The notes under the pieces are model-generated. The model was not told the origin of the DNA, ran no database searches, and saw only the letters and a list, made by a program, of their open reading frames with translations. A stretch of DNA of 64,000 bases from TPA_inf: Saccharomyces (lineage: Eukaryota), in assembly GCA_000146045.2 (NCBI GenBank), contig BK006945.2, positions 704,001-768,000 on the forward strand, read 5' to 3'. Made by a program: the position numbers and the translations under genes. Below, piece by piece: positions 1 through 11,088 of the stretch (within the stretch, counting starts at the first letter, position 1; each line of letters starts with the position of its first letter).

Positions 1-492
1 AACATTCTTCCTTGGACGGCCCATTATTATTTACGTGTATTGTTGGTAGTTAGCCCGAAGATTATGAGTACGTGAAATACACTTGTCTTTATGAAAGAGT
101 GGAAAAATGGTGGGGAGTAAGTTATACTATTGACGTGTAAAAAAAAAAAAAAAAAAATGTTAATGGAACGACCGATCTAAAGAACCATATATAATGAATG
201 ACTAAAAAAAGCAAAATAGTTAAGAATCCAAGAAAGATACTAAGAAAAGGCGAAAAGAAAAAGAAAAAGTATGTCCGCTAACAAAGATTAGCGTATAAGC
301 ACCACACGATGCGATTCAGGTCTCAACGTGCAGTGTGCAGGAGCAGGAACTATTCAATGTATTGTTGTTCCAGGGTTTTTGTTCGCAACCCACGTCTTGA
401 CCGACGGTACCCGCAGGTGAAAATTTTAGCAAAGTTACACTTTTTTTTTCATTTTTTTTTTTCTTTTCTCCTCCATCTAATTTCACCTGCGG

Positions 493-960
493 TTACCGGC
501 GGAATAACTCGCGCACCATTTCTCTGTCTCGGGCCTCGCGTTCCTCTTTTTCGACTCGAGCGGCCTCTTCACGCTGCTCGTACTTCGCGACGCTGCGCCG
601 GCGCTGCGAGCGTTTCTGTTGACGGTGCCACTGTAGAAGCGCCTCCTCTCTGGACGGCATCGTGTCGTACGACGCCGCAAGTTCGCGCGCGAGCTTAAGC
701 CGGGCAAGCTTTCGATTTTGCTCACGTGACCGCGTTTCTTGGCACTCGACAACGATCCCAGTGGGTTCATGCCGTAGTTGTACCTTAGAATTACACTTAT
801 TAATCTTTTGGCCACCGGGCCCTCTGCCGCCATGAAGGAATTTCTCAGTGCATTGTGCTTCCATCTCTGGCGTGAACTTTGGTCGCGGTGGTAGCTTGTT
901 CTTTTTAATCAGCAGCACTGCGGCACTGCTGATTGACCTCTTACTCGCTCCCCTCATCAT
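493..960 (-). CDS. YLR281C: Mitochondrial peptidyl-tRNA hydrolase / class I release-factor domain protein (ICT1-like, GGQ motif)
   Basis: 155-aa ORF with ATG start. Contains the GGQ motif (GGRGPGGQKINK) of the RF-1/PTH domain. Position and length fit YLR281C. Confidence 0.85.
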   Translation of the reverse strand: MMRGASKRSISSAAVLLIKKNKLPPRPKFTPEMEAQCTEKFLHGGRGPGGQKINKCNSKVQLRHEPTGIVVECQETRSREQNRKLARLKLARELAASYDTMPSREEALLQWHRQQKRSQRRRSVAKYEQREEAARVEKEEREARDREMVRELFRR

Positions 961-1070
961 AGTTTACTAGTCTCGGATTCTTCTGCGCTTTTTCCAGGGT
1001 CGCATAGCTTGTAGGTTGGTAGCATAGACTTATATATAAACTCATATCCGTTCTAGGAACGTATAGCGCG

Positions 1071-1412
1071 CTATGGTAGTCCGGGGAAAATGCACAGTTT
1101 AGTTAAGTGTATAGTAATTTTATCGATAAAGGAAGAATGGAAGAGGTTTATGTATACATGTAAACTCTGAACATCTAATAGACTAATGATGCGGTTAATA
1201 CGTACATTGCCGCTTCGATGCTTCAAAACTAGAATACGGCGGCAAGGCTCGTTGTTGTGTTTGCGGTGCTTTAGTTCGTATTCAAAACCACTTTTGCAGA
1301 AATCAATGTCATTGAAAAATATCCAGTTATCAGACCTATCCTCATCGCCATTATCCAAGAACAAGGAGAAGCAGGAGAAGCCAGAGAAGGAAAACGAAGG
1401 AAAGCACTCCAT
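1071..1412 (-). CDS. YLR282C: Dubious ORF antisense-overlapping YLR283W
   Basis: 113-aa low-complexity ORF lying wholly inside or overlapping the YLR283W coding region on the opposite strand. Probably not a real gene. Confidence 0.25.
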   Translation of the reverse strand: MECFPSFSFSGFSCFSLFLDNGDEDRSDNWIFFNDIDFCKSGFEYELKHRKHNNEPCRRILVLKHRSGNVRINRIISLLDVQSLHVYINLFHSSFIDKITIHLTKLCIFPGLP

Positions 1413-2130
1413 TGGCCTGTTAGACAGATTTTCAGAGGACTTTATTACTCAGGGCAATGGATTGAAACCTACTACTTCACAAAATCAATTGGATACTATA
1501 AAGTTTTATCAAATGCTTCGTGAAAGAGGCAATTTTTCCGATGAACAATGTAAAATTATCATAGCTCTATTGTTGCAACTACTAAATGATCAGTTTTATT
1601 CCTGTTACAATGATTTGTTCTTAAGGGATATGGAGCTGAATAAACAATCACATTTGTTCAGCTCGCTAGAAACAGAATTGAAATTCGCAATTCAAAACTC
1701 TAGAGACACGCAACTAAATGAGCACCACTTGCAATTATTAAAACTCAAGAGAGAACTTAACTCAATCCATGATGAACTGAATGAAATCATAATAGATCTT
1801 TTGCAAAAGGACGCTAAATTAGAATTTAACAATCAAAAATTAGAAAACACCCTTTTGTATCGACAATTAAACCTGAAATTGAACGACTGTTCTAACAAGA
1901 TTCAAACCAAGATACTGGGGGATATCAGGTCACATATCGAAAATTTAAGATGGCAGACAACCAGAAGCGGTCTTTTGGTAATATTAGTCCTTGTTTGTTC
2001 GATTATGATCGGTGTAAGCGCATCTAAGAAGGAACGCCCAGGTTTACAGGAACCTGAGGAACCTGAAATTTTAGCACCAAAGGAAGACATTGATACTACC
2101 TTCCCTCAAGATCAACATGATATAGATTAA
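1186..2130 (+). CDS. YLR283W: Mitochondrial protein of unknown function with a C-terminal transmembrane segment
   Basis: 314-aa ORF with ATG start. Basic, Arg-rich N-terminus typical of a presequence, a coiled-coil middle, and a hydrophobic stretch (LLVILVLVCSIMIGV). Confidence 0.85.
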   Translation: MMRLIRTLPLRCFKTRIRRQGSLLCLRCFSSYSKPLLQKSMSLKNIQLSDLSSSPLSKNKEKQEKPEKENEGKHSIGLLDRFSEDFITQGNGLKPTTSQNQLDTIKFYQMLRERGNFSDEQCKIIIALLLQLLNDQFYSCYNDLFLRDMELNKQSHLFSSLETELKFAIQNSRDTQLNEHHLQLLKLKRELNSIHDELNEIIIDLLQKDAKLEFNNQKLENTLLYRQLNLKLNDCSNKIQTKILGDIRSHIENLRWQTTRSGLLVILVLVCSIMIGVSASKKERPGLQEPEEPEILAPKEDIDTTFPQDQHDID

Positions 2131-2197
2131 TTAGCATACATATTGTCTGTACATAAGTATATTGTGTGTGCGTTTTGTTTCACTGAGAAAGCGGACG

Positions 2198-3040
2198 TCA
2201 TAAACGATGCTTCCTTTGTTTCGAGCCCAGCTGCCTAAATCTTTTTAAGGGCTCTCCATCTACCCAATACTTGAGAGATTCATTTACTTCCACTGAGTTA
2301 GCCTTATTGAATGCATCGATGTGGTTCGATTTCAGCAATTTTTTCATCCCTAAGCAACTGGGCAGGTATAGCCCTTTCACTTTCTCCCTCAATTCTTCTA
2401 AGACCTTTGCATTGAACGCTTCAGCGTTTGAAGATGGCATGTTAAAATTCTTGCTTATAAATCCGTTCTCGCACATTATATCGTACTTGAATGGTTTGTT
2501 GAACATGAGGCATTCATACGTCGTATTTGTGCCAAACTTCAATGGCAAAGAGACCGTTGTACCACCTTCGGTAATTAGTCCTAAGTTAGCAAAGGGGTAT
2601 AGCAAATAAACCTTGTCATTTATACTGTACACAATGTCACATAACGCTACCAGTGCCGCGCTCAACCCTATTGCTGGTCCATTCAAACAGCAAATTAAAA
2701 CTTTGGAATGCTTGATGAAGGCATCAGTGACATAAACATTTCTAGCGACAAAATTTGACACCCACTTGCTTGTTTCCGAAGGATATTTATTGGTATCATC
2801 CCCTTGGGCTTTTGCAATACCCTTGAAATCAGCACCACTGGAAAAAAATCTACCACTGCTTTGTATAATTGTAAAATATACATCACGATTTCTGTCCGCT
2901 AGTTCTAGTAACTCTCCTAAATAAATATAGTCTTCACCTTCTAGTGCATTCAAATTGTCAGGGTTCATTAAGTGAATAATGAAGAATGGTCCTTCAATAC
3001 GATAACTGATTTTCTCATTTTGCCTAATTTCTTGCGACAT
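2198..3040 (-). CDS. ECI1: Peroxisomal delta3,delta2-enoyl-CoA isomerase
   Basis: Translation starts MSQEIRQNEKISYRIEGPFF, giving 280 aa with a crotonase fold. The C-terminal tripeptide HRL is a PTS1-like signal. The ORF track starts 15 codons upstream at 3085, which I treat as an artefact; the true ATG is the 'cat' at 3038-3040. Confidence 0.9.
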   Translation of the reverse strand: MSQEIRQNEKISYRIEGPFFIIHLMNPDNLNALEGEDYIYLGELLELADRNRDVYFTIIQSSGRFFSSGADFKGIAKAQGDDTNKYPSETSKWVSNFVARNVYVTDAFIKHSKVLICCLNGPAIGLSAALVALCDIVYSINDKVYLLYPFANLGLITEGGTTVSLPLKFGTNTTYECLMFNKPFKYDIMCENGFISKNFNMPSSNAEAFNAKVLEELREKVKGLYLPSCLGMKKLLKSNHIDAFNKANSVEVNESLKYWVDGEPLKRFRQLGSKQRKHRL

Positions 3041-3359
3041 ATTGTTCTTCCTTCCTTTACTGTGCGAGCAATTTGTGCCATACACTCCAATTATCTATCC
3101 ATATGTTCATCTTTCAGTTCTTATATATAGTGCTTCACTTTTATTAACCGCTCTTGGGGTAAAAGAGAAACGGTCACTGCTACAGCCTTTCGGAATAATA
3201 TTTCTTATGCCCGTCGCCAATTTCAGATTCTTTCCTTCGTGCCGCATTTATTTTATTTTTCAAAATGACGAGAAGTTAAAATCTAAAATCAGGAAAAAGA
3301 ACAGTTGCAGATGACGAAATACTTCGAGCATTATCGCAATAAATAAGGCGTGTAAACGT

Positions 3360-4145
3360 ATGTCAGATATAGAATCATTGGGAGAGGCAGCAGGTTTATT
3401 TGAGGAGCCAGAGGATTTTCTTCCTCCTCCACCAAAACCTCATTTTGCAGAATATCAAAGGTCACACATCACAAAAGAGTCCAAATCAGATGTTAAAGAC
3501 ATCAAACTCCGTCTCGTTGGAACGTCACCACTTTGGGGTCATCTCTTGTGGAATGCAGGAATATACACCGCAAATCACTTGGATTCTCATCCAGAATTAA
3601 TAAAGGGGAAGACTGTTTTAGAATTGGGTGCTGCTGCTGCTTTACCTTCCGTTATTTGTGCTTTGAATGGGGCTCAAATGGTTGTTTCAACTGATTATCC
3701 AGATCCTGATTTAATGCAGAACATCGATTATAATATAAAGTCTAACGTTCCTGAAGATTTTAATAATGTCAGTACGGAGGGTTATATTTGGGGAAACGAT
3801 TATTCTCCATTGTTGGCACATATCGAAAAAATAGGTAACAATAATGGAAAGTTTGACTTAATCATTTTAAGTGATTTAGTCTTCAATCATACGGAACATC
3901 ACAAATTACTTCAAACAACAAAGGATTTATTAGCTGAGAAAGGTCAGGCGTTGGTAGTATTTTCACCGCATAGACCAAAATTGTTGGAGAAGGATTTAGA
4001 ATTCTTCGAATTGGCTAAGAACGAGTTCCATTTGGTTCCTCAGCTAATTGAAATGGTTAATTGGAAACCGATGTTTGACGAAGACGAGGAAACAATCGAA
4101 GTCAGATCTCGTGTTTATGCGTACTATTTAACACATGAAAAGTAG
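3360..4145 (+). CDS. NNT1: Class I SAM-dependent (protein-lysine) methyltransferase
   Basis: 261 aa with ATG start and a Rossmann-like [12 protein letters not shown] motif. Matches NNT1/EFM7 (YLR285W). Confidence 0.85.
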
Positions 4146-4447
4146 TAAGTGGGCGGAATTGGCATTCTCAACAATCATTTTTATGTTTGTAAACCAGTGT
4201 CCTTTGATATGTAACAATTAAATAAAATAAGTCATGATGGGGCACGAATTCGCAAAATGGTAGAAACACAGTAAATCGAAGAAAATTAAATAATTCGTTA
4301 TAGATATAAAGTAGTCGATTATAAAAACGTAAAAACATGAAGGCAGGGTACCTTGACGAAATAAAAGAGAGGCGGTGAGATGAGGTGAAAAATAAAGAAT
4401 ATTGCAAAAAAAAATATTCGGACTCTATGAATCAATCTCTAATAACT

Positions 4448-6136
4448 TTAAAAGTAATTGCTTTCCAAATAAGAGAAATTACATTGGGTATAGACTGAGT
4501 CGCCGGAGTCATAAGCATAACATGTGGTTCCAGAAGCACATTCCATGTAAACCCAAGCGCTATGATCACAAACGGCGAACTTCCCATCAGCAGAGCATGC
4601 AATTTCACCTTCAGTACAGGTAGATTTACCGTTCAATTTACCAGCCGCATATTGAGCATTCAATTCTTTAGCCAATGTACGAGCTGTACTGTCTGAGCTT
4701 GTACTACCTGAGCTTGTACTACCTGAGCTTGTACTGGTCGTTGTTGGGGAAAGCGTACTAGTAGTAGCTGTCTGTAGGGAAACGACAGAAGAACTCTTCG
4801 TTGCTGGCGAAAGAGTACTAGTGATAGCTGTTTGAATTGGGGCCGAAGAAACTATGCTAGTAGTAGTTGTTTGAGGGGTCACCAAGGCAGCACTGGTTAT
4901 TTGGGAAGATAGAGTAGTTTTCATACTTGTGATAGCAACTGAATTTAAAGTGCTCTCTGTTGTGGTGGTACCTAGACTAGATTTTGTCTTGGTGCTACTC
5001 GTCAATGTTTTTGTAGTTTGAGTAATTGATGTTTTGATAGCGCTGCTTGCAGTTGGAGATAAAGTAACTTTGCTTTTACTTTGTGTAGATGTCGTAGATT
5101 GTGTGGTCTTTTTCTGAGAAGTTGAAGCAGATGAAGTTGAAGCAGATGAAGTTGAGGCTGCTGAGGTTTTTGAGGTGGCAACTGTAGTAGTGGCGGTCTG
5201 GCTAGCACTTGTTAGCAAATTCTTCAAAATCTCAACATATGGTTCACCATTTAGCTCGTTGGAAAAGGCTTGAGATGCATCCCATAACGCAATACCACCA
5301 AAAGAACTTGAAGAGGCAATATCTGCAATAGTTGATTCCAATAAAGAAGTGTCAGAAATATAACCAGAGCCAGCAGCAGAAGCAGAACCAGGTAAACCTA
5401 AGAACAGTTTGATATTTTTATTTGGGGATACAGTTTGAGCATAGGTTAACCAAGTATCCCAATTGAATTGACCACTCACACTGCAGTAATTATTGTAAAA
5501 TTGGATGAACGCAAAATCAATGTCTGCATTTTCCAACAAGTCACCAACAGAAGCATCCGGGTATGGACATTGTGGTGCGGCAGAAAGGTAATATTGCTTT
5601 GTACCTTCGGCAAACAAAGTTCTTAACTTGGTAGCTAACGCACTATAGCCTACTTCGTTGTTGTTTTCAATATCAAAATCAAAACCATCAACGACTGCTG
5701 AGTCAAATGGTCTCTCACTGGCACCTGTACCTTCACCGAAAGTATCCCATAAAGTTTGTGCAAAAGTTTCCGCTTGAGAATCATCTGAAAAGAGGTAGCT
5801 ACCAGATGCACCACCTAATGATAATAGAACTTTCTTTCCTAGGGACTGGCAAGTTTCAATATCTTCAGCAATCTGGGTGCAGTGAAGTAAGCCATCAGAA
5901 AAAGTATCAGAGCATGCGTTGGCAAAGTTCAAACCAAGGGTTGGAAATTGGTTCAAGAAAGATAATAGGAAAATATCAGCATCAGAAGATTCACAGTAAG
6001 TAGCTAAGGATTCTTGCGTTCCTGCTGAGTTTTGACCCCAATAAACAGCAATATTTGTGTTAGCAGACCTATCAAAGGCATCGGTTGGCAGTAGTAAGAA
6101 TTGTGTGAATAGAAGAATGATGTAAAGGAGTGACAT
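4448..6136 (-). CDS. CTS1: Endochitinase: GH18 catalytic domain, Ser/Thr-rich linker and C-terminal chitin-binding domain
   Basis: 562 aa. N-terminal signal peptide and the GH18 motif (DGFDFDIE). A long S/T-rich O-glycosylation linker, encoded by tandem DNA repeats, precedes a Cys-rich C-terminal domain. Confidence 0.97.
   Translation of the reverse strand: MSLLYIILLFTQFLLLPTDAFDRSANTNIAVYWGQNSAGTQESLATYCESSDADIFLLSFLNQFPTLGLNFANACSDTFSDGLLHCTQIAEDIETCQSLGKKVLLSLGGASGSYLFSDDSQAETFAQTLWDTFGEGTGASERPFDSAVVDGFDFDIENNNEVGYSALATKLRTLFAEGTKQYYLSAAPQCPYPDASVGDLLENADIDFAFIQFYNNYCSVSGQFNWDTWLTYAQTVSPNKNIKLFLGLPGSASAAGSGYISDTSLLESTIADIASSSSFGGIALWDASQAFSNELNGEPYVEILKNLLTSASQTATTTVATSKTSAASTSSASTSSASTSQKKTTQSTTSTQSKSKVTLSPTASSAIKTSITQTTKTLTSSTKTKSSLGTTTTESTLNSVAITSMKTTLSSQITSAALVTPQTTTTSIVSSAPIQTAITSTLSPATKSSSVVSLQTATTSTLSPTTTSTSSGSTSSGSTSSDSTARTLAKELNAQYAAGKLNGKSTCTEGEIACSADGKFAVCDHSAWVYMECASGTTCYAYDSGDSVYTQCNFSYLESNYF
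4681..4739. repeat. Intragenic 15-bp tandem repeat (about 4 units, gagcttgtactacct) encoding an SGSTSSGST/SDST repeat in the CTS1 linker
   Basis: Direct visual repeat: gagctgtactgtct / gagcttgtactacct / gagcttgtactacct / gagcttgtactggtc. Confidence 0.9.
5117..5163. repeat. Intragenic 15-bp tandem repeat (3 units, gaagttgaagcagat) encoding SASTSSASTSSASTS in the CTS1 linker
   Basis: Three consecutive 15-nt units; the last unit is diverged (gaagttgaggctgct). Confidence 0.9.
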
Positions 6137-6676
6137 TCTATTATTAATTATTTTATATTTAAATTAGAATTTCAATGTATTGGAAAAAGAGTGGTTTTAA
6201 AAAAGGTAGGTTGTGAAACGAGCGACAGTTATTATTTTTGGATATAAAAAGGTTCAAAGGAATGACAGGTTTATTTTTTTTATGTTATTGAGTCTTAAAT
6301 GAGTGAAAGATCTTCAATGTTATGAAAAAACTTGACTGATATAATCTTAATGTAATGTATTGTTGTTGTCCATTCTATAAATTATACAAGGAAAGGTAAG
6401 TGAGACGTTTTTCCTCCATCCAAGGACCTAATACCTGCATCTTTTTATATCTTTGACCAATGCCTATGAAGCCAAATACTTCCGTCCATATTAGTTTTTT
6501 TTTGTTCCTTGAATCCTGCACCGAACCATCGAGGGGCTTAGTTCTTACACCAATGCTAATGTTTACTCAACATCTGAAACACATAAACAAATAAACAAAC
6601 ACCAAACATTGCACGTTAGAAACTCATATTTACTCGCACATATCTGTTAAGGCGAGGCTGGTTATTTTTTCAAGGG

Positions 6677-6702
6677 ACCAGCATTTCCAATTTTTCACCA
6701 GC
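6677..6702. promoter_or_regulatory. Pair of Ace2/Swi5-type ACCAGC elements in the CTS1 promoter (about -540 and -565)
   Basis: gACCAGCa at 6677-6682 and cACCAGCg at 6697-6702. Spacing and distance fit the known daughter-specific CTS1 UAS; this is established knowledge of the Ace2 site. Confidence 0.6.
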
Positions 6703-6990
6703 GGCAAAGAAAAATACCAACAAGCAGGAATCACACCCACGCATCTCATTTTGCGTTACTATGACAACTACAAAATTTGAATTTGTTAACGAGAATGACG
6801 TATATAAGTTCGATTTTGTTGAGGATATCCCACATATTCCCACCAACCAACCACTATATTAATGGACATGGTTTTTGCCGTGACCGTGGATCTCGCAGCT
6901 ACACAATGATATCTCTTGTATCCGTTTTAGCATGAATTTCTAAACAAGACTGATTATATACCATGCACTGTAACATTCAGAGAAAATATA

Positions 6991-8058
6991 CTAAAACAAT
7001 TCATTGAATTTTATCTCCCATGTGTCAATCCATTTCTTTCTTTTTGGATCACCTTCATATAGTTTACTCATTTGGATAAGAACTTTTTTAGTTACTGCAA
7101 CTAATGCAGCCTGTTCTTCTTTTACCTCCTCATTGGTAAAGTTCTTCGGCTCAAATTGTACAGTGGATACCACTTCATCCAAAAGTAACTGTATTTCCTT
7201 CAGATATGTATGTATACTGTCTAAAGTTTCTGCTTGATTCCTCTTAGGAGTAAAATCTTTTGACACCAGAGTTTTCCTGAAAGTTGATACAAGTAATTTG
7301 ATTAGCTTTATCTTCCTCGTAAACCCATCGAAAAACAACTTTATATTTTCATAGACCTTTTCCTGGTCAAATTCCTCTTTCTGTGAATCAGATTCGGATT
7401 CTGAATCCTCAAAATCCAAAAATATATCGTCCGAGTTTGCTGAAAAATCGGGTTCCTCAAGCCACTCTTTTATTTCATTCATTGTATCGTCCATTATGGC
7501 CACATTATCTTTTAAGATGTTTGCTAGGATCCCATAAGGTCCAGCCTTGGAACAATTAGAGAGAGAATCGCACGCATTGAATATTTTACCAACTGAGGTT
7601 AACCTTTCTTTGTCTAGAGATGCATTTTCGTCATTTTTCAATCTTTCTTGTAATTCGGCAATGAAATCTCTCAAGCCATCGAGCAATTGTAGCGTACTTT
7701 CATCCAGTTGGTCTGTAAAGTATTTGGGGCAATCCTTGTTATTGTAAAACAAAGGGAATAAACTTAGTAAGTAGAATAATGGCCTACTAAAATTTTGGAT
7801 TTCGGTAATCACAACTTTATGATTGTTATCAAAAGTTCCTGGCTTGCAAACAATACCTATTTTTGTGCAATGTGCCTTCAATACAGAGGCTAATTTGTCT
7901 AGTTCCTTAGTTGGGGTGGAACCTTGTAGTTTGGTAGTAGAGGAGATTTTACGCAAGTCTTCCGGCTTTTTGTATGGCACTAAAAACTGTTCATCTATAG
8001 AATTCAGCAGTTCCAATAATTTGACGTCATCCTTTCTATCACTGCTTCCAGTAGACAT
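6991..8058 (-). CDS. YLR287C: Protein of unknown function
   Basis: The ORF track gives 378 aa starting from a TTG at 8127. The first in-frame ATG ('cat' at 8056-8058) gives 355 aa starting MSTGSSDRKDD, which matches the expected YLR287C length. Confidence 0.75.
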   Translation of the reverse strand: MSTGSSDRKDDVKLLELLNSIDEQFLVPYKKPEDLRKISSTTKLQGSTPTKELDKLASVLKAHCTKIGIVCKPGTFDNNHKVVITEIQNFSRPLFYLLSLFPLFYNNKDCPKYFTDQLDESTLQLLDGLRDFIAELQERLKNDENASLDKERLTSVGKIFNACDSLSNCSKAGPYGILANILKDNVAIMDDTMNEIKEWLEEPDFSANSDDIFLDFEDSESESDSQKEEFDQEKVYENIKLFFDGFTRKIKLIKLLVSTFRKTLVSKDFTPKRNQAETLDSIHTYLKEIQLLLDEVVSTVQFEPKNFTNEEVKEEQAALVAVTKKVLIQMSKLYEGDPKRKKWIDTWEIKFNELF

Positions 8059-8536
8059 TATTGTATAACTGGTATTTCTCTTATAAAGTTTATAATAGGC
8101 GTCTCTGGTGATGCTTGTTGACCTCAATGGATTTTGTTAAAAGGAGGCTTCATGTCATCGTCAAGATCATTGCAGTTTTTTTCTAGTTTTTTTTTTTTCA
8201 TTGCCACATTATGAAGCGCCCATTCAAAAACAACTAGAAAAACGTTTGCCAACCCTAGGTACGGCAAGATCCTCCTTATTAATAAAAGCATCACACCAAG
8301 ACAGCAAAGAAGTAAATCGATAATATGAATAGCATAATTTTGCGAAGTTAAAGTCCTAAAGAAATAATTTATAGTTAACACTACTTACATAATTTCAATA
8401 CTGCTTTATATTTAAAGTAAAAAACGCATAACGGAAATACAAATACAAGTCAAAAACTATCTTGAAGTAAAGATGGCATGACTGCTATTTTGTTTCTTGT
8501 TACTTTTAAGCTCCTTTTCCACAACTGTTAATTTTC

Positions 8537-9158
<622 letters not shown>

Positions 9159-9372
9159 ATTTGCGTAGTTTTTGTATGGGGATATGGAAGATTATTACAG
9201 TGGCAAATTTAATGTGCAGTTCATGTAGCCTTTAAAATGCAACATACCGTTCGTAAGGCTGTTTTGTTCTATCTATTTTTTCTGAGGTTTCCGACAACCT
9301 CACGACATTTTTTTTTTTCGAACGGAAAAAAGAAAAGCAGTTAGTATGTAAAGCACGGATTTTTTTATACAT

Positions 9373-9385
9373 ATGTACGGATGTG
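9373..9385 (-). promoter_or_regulatory. Rap1 RPG-box-like site (CACATCCGTACAT on the gene strand), about 215 bp upstream of the RPS30A ATG
   Basis: Plus strand reads atgtacggatgtg, whose reverse complement is ACATCCGTACAT (matches ACAYCCRTACATY). An adjacent direct repeat, ctgcaactctgcaactctgcag, lies at 9393-9414. Confidence 0.5.
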
Positions 9386-9479
9386 ATAGTCTGCAACTCT
9401 GCAACTCTGCAGTTCTCAGCCATGTCAGATTTAAAGAGTTTCCTTAGCAACGTAGCAAAGAAATGTACCGCTGTAGGGT

Positions 9480-10904
9480 TTACAAGCCCTTCGATCTTGC
9501 TATATAATATATGATTTGTCCTCTTTCCCTTGGTTTTTCCACATCTTCGCTATCTTCCAAGCTACCACGATCCAACGAACAGTGGAATACGCAGGATTCG
9601 TCGTGAGAAATCGCCAAAACAACTTCTTCAAATGCAGCGTATAACTTGGAACACACCTTCCAATCTTTGCAACGGATGATTACTTCATGTGTGGACGAAC
9701 TTTCCTGTTCAGCCTTTTCCACCATAACGGATATGTCATTAAATTCAGTATCACCGCTAGTATCAGCTGTGTAAATGTTTCCCCGCGTATCTGCGATCGA
9801 GCTATCCTCAATTCTTAATAAATCTTCATCGTAGCGGATATTTTCTTCCATCTCTCGATCTCTAGTATTGGTATATAGTGAAGACATCGGTTTATCCGCT
9901 TCGATAATCGGAAGAGATCCTTCCTCCTGCCGGCCGTCTGTGTCGATGTGCTGGTTTTGGGAAGGATTGTCAGTGAGCCCTTCTTGGCGTTGTATCACAG
10001 AGTCTAAGGGTCCATTCCAGCATATTTCCAAATGCCAATCTAATTCATTCACAATTATCTTAAGTTCTACATCATCACCTTCATTTCCATGCTCCTTTTT
10101 TTTGACTCCCATTAAATGAATGTGGTTGACATTACTGTACCGTTCAACACGTCTAATAAACCCGTGGAAGGCGGAGCCAAACTCGCCCGATATTGGTGGC
10201 AGCTTGTACATCATCAGTTGAATATAGTTAATCATTGGCTCTTGTATTCGCGTATCTTGTGCTCGGAATAATAGTTTGACAGGTACTTTGAACGAATGCA
10301 TGATAACCTTATTGCTTGCGAGTAGATTTCCTGTGCCTACTGTGGTTGGTAAACCATTGTGCTCATCCACTCCCCCATTCATAACTATAGCGTCATTTGG
10401 GCCGCTAGTATGTACAATTTCTTCGAATGTTATACCTAGAGCACAAATGGGGTTCGGTTTTGAGGTTGTATCTACGCCTCCTGCTGTTCCTCCTGAAAGT
10501 GTTCCGTTATTTGTATTCCATTCTGGCATTGACTGTAGTTTTATAGTCATATTAGAGGAAGATCCTTGGTTCATTACTCGATCATACCTTTTAAACACAC
10601 TCAATAAAGAATCACAATTACACTCCATTGTTATTGTATTGAGCTCGCGAGCTGATATAACTGTATATAATCTGAATACATCATGAGGAATGGTACACCA
10701 AAGCTGACCAGTATCCCCTCGTAATATTGTACCGTTGTTACTGCTGTTGAGTGATGATTTTGGAGTGGATATTATTGTCAATCTTTCACTATTAAATCTT
10801 AAGATAGCCGTCTTTCGTAGCGAAGCAACTGTATTGATAGTAGTTCTTAGCAATTTATAATCATCAGGTGCTTCACAACCATTTACTATCAATTTTAATT
10901 TCAT
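9480..10904 (-). CDS. MEC3: DNA damage checkpoint clamp subunit (9-1-1-like complex)
   Basis: 474 aa, ATG start, N-terminus MKLKLIVNGCEAPDDYKLLRTTINTVASLRK recognised as Mec3. Confidence 0.92.
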   Translation of the reverse strand: MKLKLIVNGCEAPDDYKLLRTTINTVASLRKTAILRFNSERLTIISTPKSSLNSSNNGTILRGDTGQLWCTIPHDVFRLYTVISARELNTITMECNCDSLLSVFKRYDRVMNQGSSSNMTIKLQSMPEWNTNNGTLSGGTAGGVDTTSKPNPICALGITFEEIVHTSGPNDAIVMNGGVDEHNGLPTTVGTGNLLASNKVIMHSFKVPVKLLFRAQDTRIQEPMINYIQLMMYKLPPISGEFGSAFHGFIRRVERYSNVNHIHLMGVKKKEHGNEGDDVELKIIVNELDWHLEICWNGPLDSVIQRQEGLTDNPSQNQHIDTDGRQEEGSLPIIEADKPMSSLYTNTRDREMEENIRYDEDLLRIEDSSIADTRGNIYTADTSGDTEFNDISVMVEKAEQESSSTHEVIIRCKDWKVCSKLYAAFEEVVLAISHDESCVFHCSLDRGSLEDSEDVEKPRERGQIIYYIARSKGL

Positions 10905-11088
10905 TTAACTGAATTAAGACACACCTTTTGTCTTCTTTTTTCTCTCATCATCTCCGTATGTTTATGTTGCTATTTTGATGTAAATAAAAAAGTTGAATAA
11001 TAGACGAGGGCAAGTATAACTCGCCTATATTTGTAGCCGCAACCATTGAAAAAGAGCCATGAATATGGGAAACTAGTTGCACATAAAA

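Noticed and set aside
309-698. 129-aa plus-strand ORF antisense to YLR281C
   Set aside because: Arg/Ala-rich low-complexity translation of the GC-rich antisense strand of a conserved gene; no start context or domain.
5002-5208. 68-aa antisense ORF (LQLPPQKPQQPQLHLLQLHLL...) inside CTS1
   Set aside because: Direct consequence of the 15-bp tandem repeat periodicity; repetitive translation with no independent support.
11077-11088. N-terminal extensions in the supplied ORF track for GUF1, STT4 (to 39968), CDC25 (to 53008), CDA2 (43931), MET17 (28452), ECI1 (3085) and YLR287C (8127), and the apparent 'M' start of the UBC12 and TAD3 exon fragments
   Set aside because: Checking the codons shows these ORFs begin at TTG or GTG, not ATG, because the track allows alternative start codons. 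The first in-frame ATG reproduces the expected protein N-termini in every case.
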